Assembly (NCBI GenBank): GCA_963758525.1
Contig: CAVWVQ010000003.1
Coordinates: 1,760,001 to 1,824,000 of the forward strand
Length of the DNA: 64,000 nucleotides
Origin: an uncultured Phycisphaerales bacterium
Lineage (GTDB): Bacteria > Planctomycetota > Phycisphaerae > Tepidisphaerales > Tepidisphaeraceae
Reading direction: 5' to 3'
Below are positions 60,076 to 64,000 of the stretch, piece after piece. The position numbers and the translations under genes were made by a program. Within the stretch, counting starts at the first letter, position 1; every line of letters begins with the position of its first letter. The notes beneath the pieces are model-generated. The model saw nothing but the letters and a program-made list of their open reading frames with translations. It was not told the DNA's origin and did not search any database.

Positions 60076-61329
60076 TCAAGTATGGTGTCCAATATTTGGC
60101 GCATCCGGATTCACCTCCGGTCCGAAGTACCGCAGGCAGACCAGCGGCTCGGTTGCGGAAGTATTCTCAAACTCCACTCCGGCGTTGGCCGCGCTCTCCG
60201 TGCAGAACACTTCGTCTTCGGTCAGTTCGTGGAAGCGAATCATCTTGGGGCAGTTGAGCCGAAGCTTGTTCATTCGGCCTTCGCCGGCGACGACGATAAG
60301 GCCGTATGCGCCCTTGTCCTTCACGGTGCATTTTACGCCGGGTTCGATGGTCAGTTCCTTGGCGGTGAACACCTGCTCGCCATGCACTTTCCCGTAGACG
60401 ATCCAGCGATCGACGTAGCCCTGGAATGCTGTGTCCCCCACGGCGATCGGCTCGAGATAATGGTTCTTCTTGAAATCCGGATCGACGTTGGCCTCCCAGT
60501 CGAGCTGCTCCACGATGAAGTCCAGATCGCGATGTTTCTCCTTCGGCATGTCCTTCACGAGCAGCCCCCAGGGAACTTCGCGCCCCTCGACCAGAGACTG
60601 ATACATCCCGAAGACATCCGAGCCCCACTGCGGCTCGTAGGTGCAGAGCGATCCGGGCGCGTGCAGGATGCACGGGCCCACGAGCCAGCCGGTGCCGGGC
60701 TGGAGACGATAGGCCGCCGAGAGATCGAGAATTCCGTTGTCCCCTTTATTCCAGTCTTCCAGGCACTTGCGCACCTGGGCCTTGGTCGTGCCGGGGCTGA
60801 GGCCGAAGAACGTGTAGGGAAAATTGTTGCCGACGTTGTTGTGCTGCGGCGGATAGTAATAGCTCTCCGGCTTCCCCTCCTGCCCCACGAGCGCTGCCTG
60901 CGCCTTCGATTGGTGCATGTGATGCGGAATGGGCCCCATGTTGTCGAAGAACTTCGAGTAGACTGGCCATTTCTTGTACTTCTCCCAGATGGCACGGCCG
61001 ATCAGTTGATCGCCCAATTCCGATACCGCGTCGGCGAGCGTGAATCGCTTGCCCGATGACACGACGTAACTCAAGCCCTCGTCTGGCGTCCGATTTTCGT
61101 TGGCACAGGGAGTGGTCGAGGCAAACCAGCGTTCGTCAATTCCGCCACGATTGAGGCCAAACGCATAGAGATCCTGCGGCGCGAGCTTGAGCCGTTTTCC
61201 CGGCTGCAGAAAAGATCGCGGCACCCAGCACGGCGCGAGACGGAGCAGGCCGCCGCCGTCGTCGAGGGCGGCTTCGGTCAGGGATTTGACGTTGGACGAT
61301 ACGGTCGTGAGATCTTTGACACTCTTCAT
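60076..61329 (-). CDS. Cupin-fold PMI-like hypothetical protein
   Basis: KFFDNMGPIPHHMH, KPESYY, ILHAPG..TYEPQ..SD. Confidence 0.7.
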   Translation of the reverse strand: MKSVKDLTTVSSNVKSLTEAALDDGGGLLRLAPCWVPRSFLQPGKRLKLAPQDLYAFGLNRGGIDERWFASTTPCANENRTPDEGLSYVVSSGKRFTLADAVSELGDQLIGRAIWEKYKKWPVYSKFFDNMGPIPHHMHQSKAQAALVGQEGKPESYYYPPQHNNVGNNFPYTFFGLSPGTTKAQVRKCLEDWNKGDNGILDLSAAYRLQPGTGWLVGPCILHAPGSLCTYEPQWGSDVFGMYQSLVEGREVPWGLLVKDMPKEKHRDLDFIVEQLDWEANVDPDFKKNHYLEPIAVGDTAFQGYVDRWIVYGKVHGEQVFTAKELTIEPGVKCTVKDKGAYGLIVVAGEGRMNKLRLNCPKMIRFHELTEDEVFCTESAANAGVEFENTSATEPLVCLRYFGPEVNPDAPNIGHHT

Positions 61330-61448
61330 GAACTAACTCCTCGCTTCGCCATGCTGGCAGCATTTCTTGGGGGACGCAAAATGTAACTCATGCCGCCGTA
61401 AAGACAATCCGAGGCGGAGAAGCGACGGCGTGCATATCAGATTCGGCA

Positions 61449-61518
61449 TGTAGGGCGGGATTCATTCCGCCGTTGTCGTTTGGCGTCCGAGGAGCGGCGG
61501 GATGAATCCCGCCCTACT
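61449..61518. repeat. GTAG-type REP-like inverted repeat
   Basis: GTAGGGCGGGATTCAT ... ATGAATCCCGCCCTAC. Confidence 0.75.
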
Positions 61519-61650
61519 CAGATCACGCTGAGGCATAGAGGTTTCCTCCTCACAGTGCTTCTCTCCTCCGCGGCACCGAGCGAGCCCCAGTCGCGCTGGC
61601 GGAGGCTGCCGGTGCTTGACGCGGATCGGCGGCGGGTCTATCAGACCGCG

Positions 61651-63030
61651 ATGCACAAGACCGTCGTGATCAACGCGGTGGGACTCACGCCGGGGTTGAT
61701 CGGGGAGTACACGCCACGATTGCGCGCCTTTGTCGCTGCCGGCGCAATGGCGCCGATCGGCTCGGTCCTCCCGGCGGTGACGACTACGGTTCAATCCACC
61801 TATCTCACCGGAACCTGGCCAAACGAGCATGGAATCGTCGGAAACGGCTGGTATTTCCGCGACGAGTGCGAGATCAAGTTCTGGAAGCAGTCCAACAAGC
61901 TGGTGCAGAAGCCGAAGATCTGGGACGCGGCCCGGGCGATCGATCCGTCGTTCACCTGCGCGAATCTCTTCTGGTGGTACAACATGTATTCGTCGGCGGA
62001 TTACGCGGTGACGCCGCGTCCGATGTATCCGGCGGACGGACGCAAGCTGCCGGATGTCTGGACCCATCCGACGGAACTCCGCGCATCGCTGCAGAATCAG
62101 CTCGGGCGATTTCCGCTCTTCAAATTCTGGGGGCCGGCGACGTCCATCGATGTCAGCCGATGGATCGCCCAGAGCGCTTTGCGGCTCGACCAACAATTCG
62201 ATCCGACGCTCACGTTGACCTACCTCCCGCACCTCGATTACTCCATGCAACGATTGGGTCCCGACGCGCACGCGAATGCACAGGATCTGCGCGACCTCGA
62301 CGCAGTCTGCGGCATGCTCATCGACCATTACAGCGAACGAGGCGCGAGCGTGGTGGTGCTGTCGGAGTATGGAATCACGCCGGTTTCCCGGCCCATTCAT
62401 CTCAACCGGGTGCTCCGGGAAAATGGATACCTTGCGATCCGCGAGGAGATGGGCGGGGAGCTGCTCGACCCCGGAGCCAGCGCCGCATTCGCGGTGGCCG
62501 ATCATCAGATCGCCCACGTGTACGTCAACGATCGCTCTCGTCTCGCGGAAGTTCGGCGGCTCGTGGAGAAGACCGATGGGATCGAGCGCGTTCTCGACGA
62601 GGGGGGAAAGCGGACCGCGCATCTCGATCATGAGCGGAGCGGAGAGCTCGTGGCGATTGCCGCGCCGGATGCTTGGTTCAGTTATTACTACTGGCTCGAT
62701 GAAGCGCGCATGCCGGATTTTGCGCGGACGGTGGATATCCACCGCAAGCCGGGATACGACCCGGTGGAATTGTTTTACGATCAGCGCCTCAAATCCCCGC
62801 AGGCCAAGGCCGCCTGGATTCTATTGCGGCGGAAGCTCGGGTTTCGTGGGCTGATGAACGTGATTTCGACTGACGCCAACCTGGTCCGCGGCTCGCACGG
62901 CCGCGAGTCCGCATCGGCGGACGCCGGACCACTCTTTGCAACCAATCGGCGGGACCTACTGATGACTCCGGTGATACCGCCGCCCCAGGTTTTTTCGCTG
63001 CTTCTTTCCCATCTTACCGACAAACTATAG
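61651..63030 (+). CDS. Alkaline phosphatase superfamily nucleotide pyrophosphatase (EboF-like)
   Basis: VINAVGL, PAVTTTVQSTYLTG, HGIVGNGWY, YLPHLDY, VDIHRKPGYDPVELF, GSHG. Confidence 0.88.
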   Translation: MHKTVVINAVGLTPGLIGEYTPRLRAFVAAGAMAPIGSVLPAVTTTVQSTYLTGTWPNEHGIVGNGWYFRDECEIKFWKQSNKLVQKPKIWDAARAIDPSFTCANLFWWYNMYSSADYAVTPRPMYPADGRKLPDVWTHPTELRASLQNQLGRFPLFKFWGPATSIDVSRWIAQSALRLDQQFDPTLTLTYLPHLDYSMQRLGPDAHANAQDLRDLDAVCGMLIDHYSERGASVVVLSEYGITPVSRPIHLNRVLRENGYLAIREEMGGELLDPGASAAFAVADHQIAHVYVNDRSRLAEVRRLVEKTDGIERVLDEGGKRTAHLDHERSGELVAIAAPDAWFSYYYWLDEARMPDFARTVDIHRKPGYDPVELFYDQRLKSPQAKAAWILLRRKLGFRGLMNVISTDANLVRGSHGRESASADAGPLFATNRRDLLMTPVIPPPQVFSLLLSHLTDKL

Positions 63031-63142
63031 ACTTTCTAAAAAATTGGGTGTACAAGCTGAACAGCTTATTGGACGCGCAGAATTTTCTTCCTCCCCGCGC
63101 TGAGATTCGATATAATTCGTTGCGTTCTGGAGGTCGAGTTGT

Positions 63143-64000
63143 ATGCGAAAGTCGGTGTTGTACTTTGCGTCGCCATTTGTCGTTGGGATGCTGTGGGCGA
63201 CGACCCCCGCGTGTCTCGCCGACGATGCAGCCACATCCAACCCCGCCGGGGGCGGAGAGTGGTTTCGTCAGCCGGCTCCCTCCTCAGCTCCGGCCGGCGG
63301 CAGTGCGCCGCAAGGCAACATTGGGGATGACCGCCGCGTCTTCCCTCCGTACAACGACAACGGAGATTATCCGAGCCGCGATTTGCGCGACTGGGTCTTC
63401 GCCAATGCTCACGCCGCCACTGCCCGCGCGATTTTCAGCAGAGCGGAGAATGATCTGGCGGCGGCCTATCGTCGATCGCAACATCAATTTGAACGTTCCA
63501 AAGCCTTTCTCGAAGCATCCGCCGACGAAAAGGATGCCTACGACTCCTACAACGCAGCCCGACAAAAAGCGATGCGGGAGCTGAACGAAGATCCCAAGTA
63601 TCGCGAATTGCTCCGCTTGCGCGATGAACTGGCGGATCAGATCGCAATCAAGCGCGCCAACAAAGAAACGCCCAAGGAAGAGATCCTCGCCCTGGCGACG
63701 CTGAAGATGGAATACGCCTCGGATGCCCGGTCGATGGAAGCCACAGTGCTCAGCGCGGACGCGAATCTCGCTGACGCGCAGAAGCGCATGATGGCCGCGA
63801 GTCGCAAGACCGTGCAGATGCGCGCCGACTACGATGACTCGCTGCGTGATAATCCGCAGATTGCCGCAGCCCGGGAGAATCTTGAGGACGCTCGCATCGC
63901 CCTGATCACCTCGCAGGCATATGTCAGTGGCTCATCCGCGGTTGGCGCCGCGGCCCTCGACTACGCGTACTACCTGCATCGCAACGATGTCGGCCGATAC
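63143..64000 (+). CDS. Secreted alpha-helical/coiled-coil hypothetical protein, runs off window end (absent from ORF track)
   Basis: GGAGG RBS, MRKSVLYFASPFVVGMLWATTPACLA signal, open frame to 64000. Confidence 0.75.
   Translation, partial: MRKSVLYFASPFVVGMLWATTPACLADDAATSNPAGGGEWFRQPAPSSAPAGGSAPQGNIGDDRRVFPPYNDNGDYPSRDLRDWVFANAHAATARAIFSRAENDLAAAYRRSQHQFERSKAFLEASADEKDAYDSYNAARQKAMRELNEDPKYRELLRLRDELADQIAIKRANKETPKEEILALATLKMEYASDARSMEATVLSADANLADAQKRMMAASRKTVQMRADYDDSLRDNPQIAAARENLEDARIALITSQAYVSGSSAVGAAALDYAYYLHRNDVGRY

Noticed and set aside
61651..63030. Complete ebo operon
   Set aside because: Only the EboF-like gene is present; the nearby TIM-barrel and cupin genes are on the other strand and do not look like EboA-E

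Overview
GC-rich bacterial window, almost certainly Planctomycetota (DUF1549/DUF1553 cytochrome plus DUF1501 pair; Phycisphaerae-like is an inference). Layout: a polysaccharide biosynthesis cluster (1-9.9 kb); cstA-FNR; a small decayed defence islet (AbiF/Abi_2 HEPN gene with an upstream structured RNA, an EVE/PUA-like gene, and VapBC, Bro-N and nuclease remnants; 15-18.2 kb); an ECF sigma/vWA anti-sigma pair; a type I-G (I-U) CRISPR-Cas locus (cas3, cas8g, cas7, csb2, cas4/1, cas2, leader, 42 repeats/41 spacers; 28.9-39.35 kb); then housekeeping genes (rpsU, rsfS, ABC transporter, hybrid kinase, sugar enzymes). Best hits: (i) a hidden antisense one-spacer mini-array upstream of cas3. Its two diverged repeats keep exactly the parts of a mature crRNA, and its spacer matches the cas3 upstream region at 13 of 16 nt (candidate CreR/CreA-like regulator). 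(ii) The cas4-cas1 fusion is internally deleted and its catalytic His is Arg. (iii) A head-to-head gene pair shares one CATG, and one gene is a motif-permuted mini-kinase. (iv) An unannotated two-gene cassette encodes an R-S-E ADP-ribosyltransferase-like protein and a Cys-cluster partner. About 11 small frameshifts in unrelated genes suggest assembly indel errors. All protein calls come from motif recognition by eye; no database search was run.
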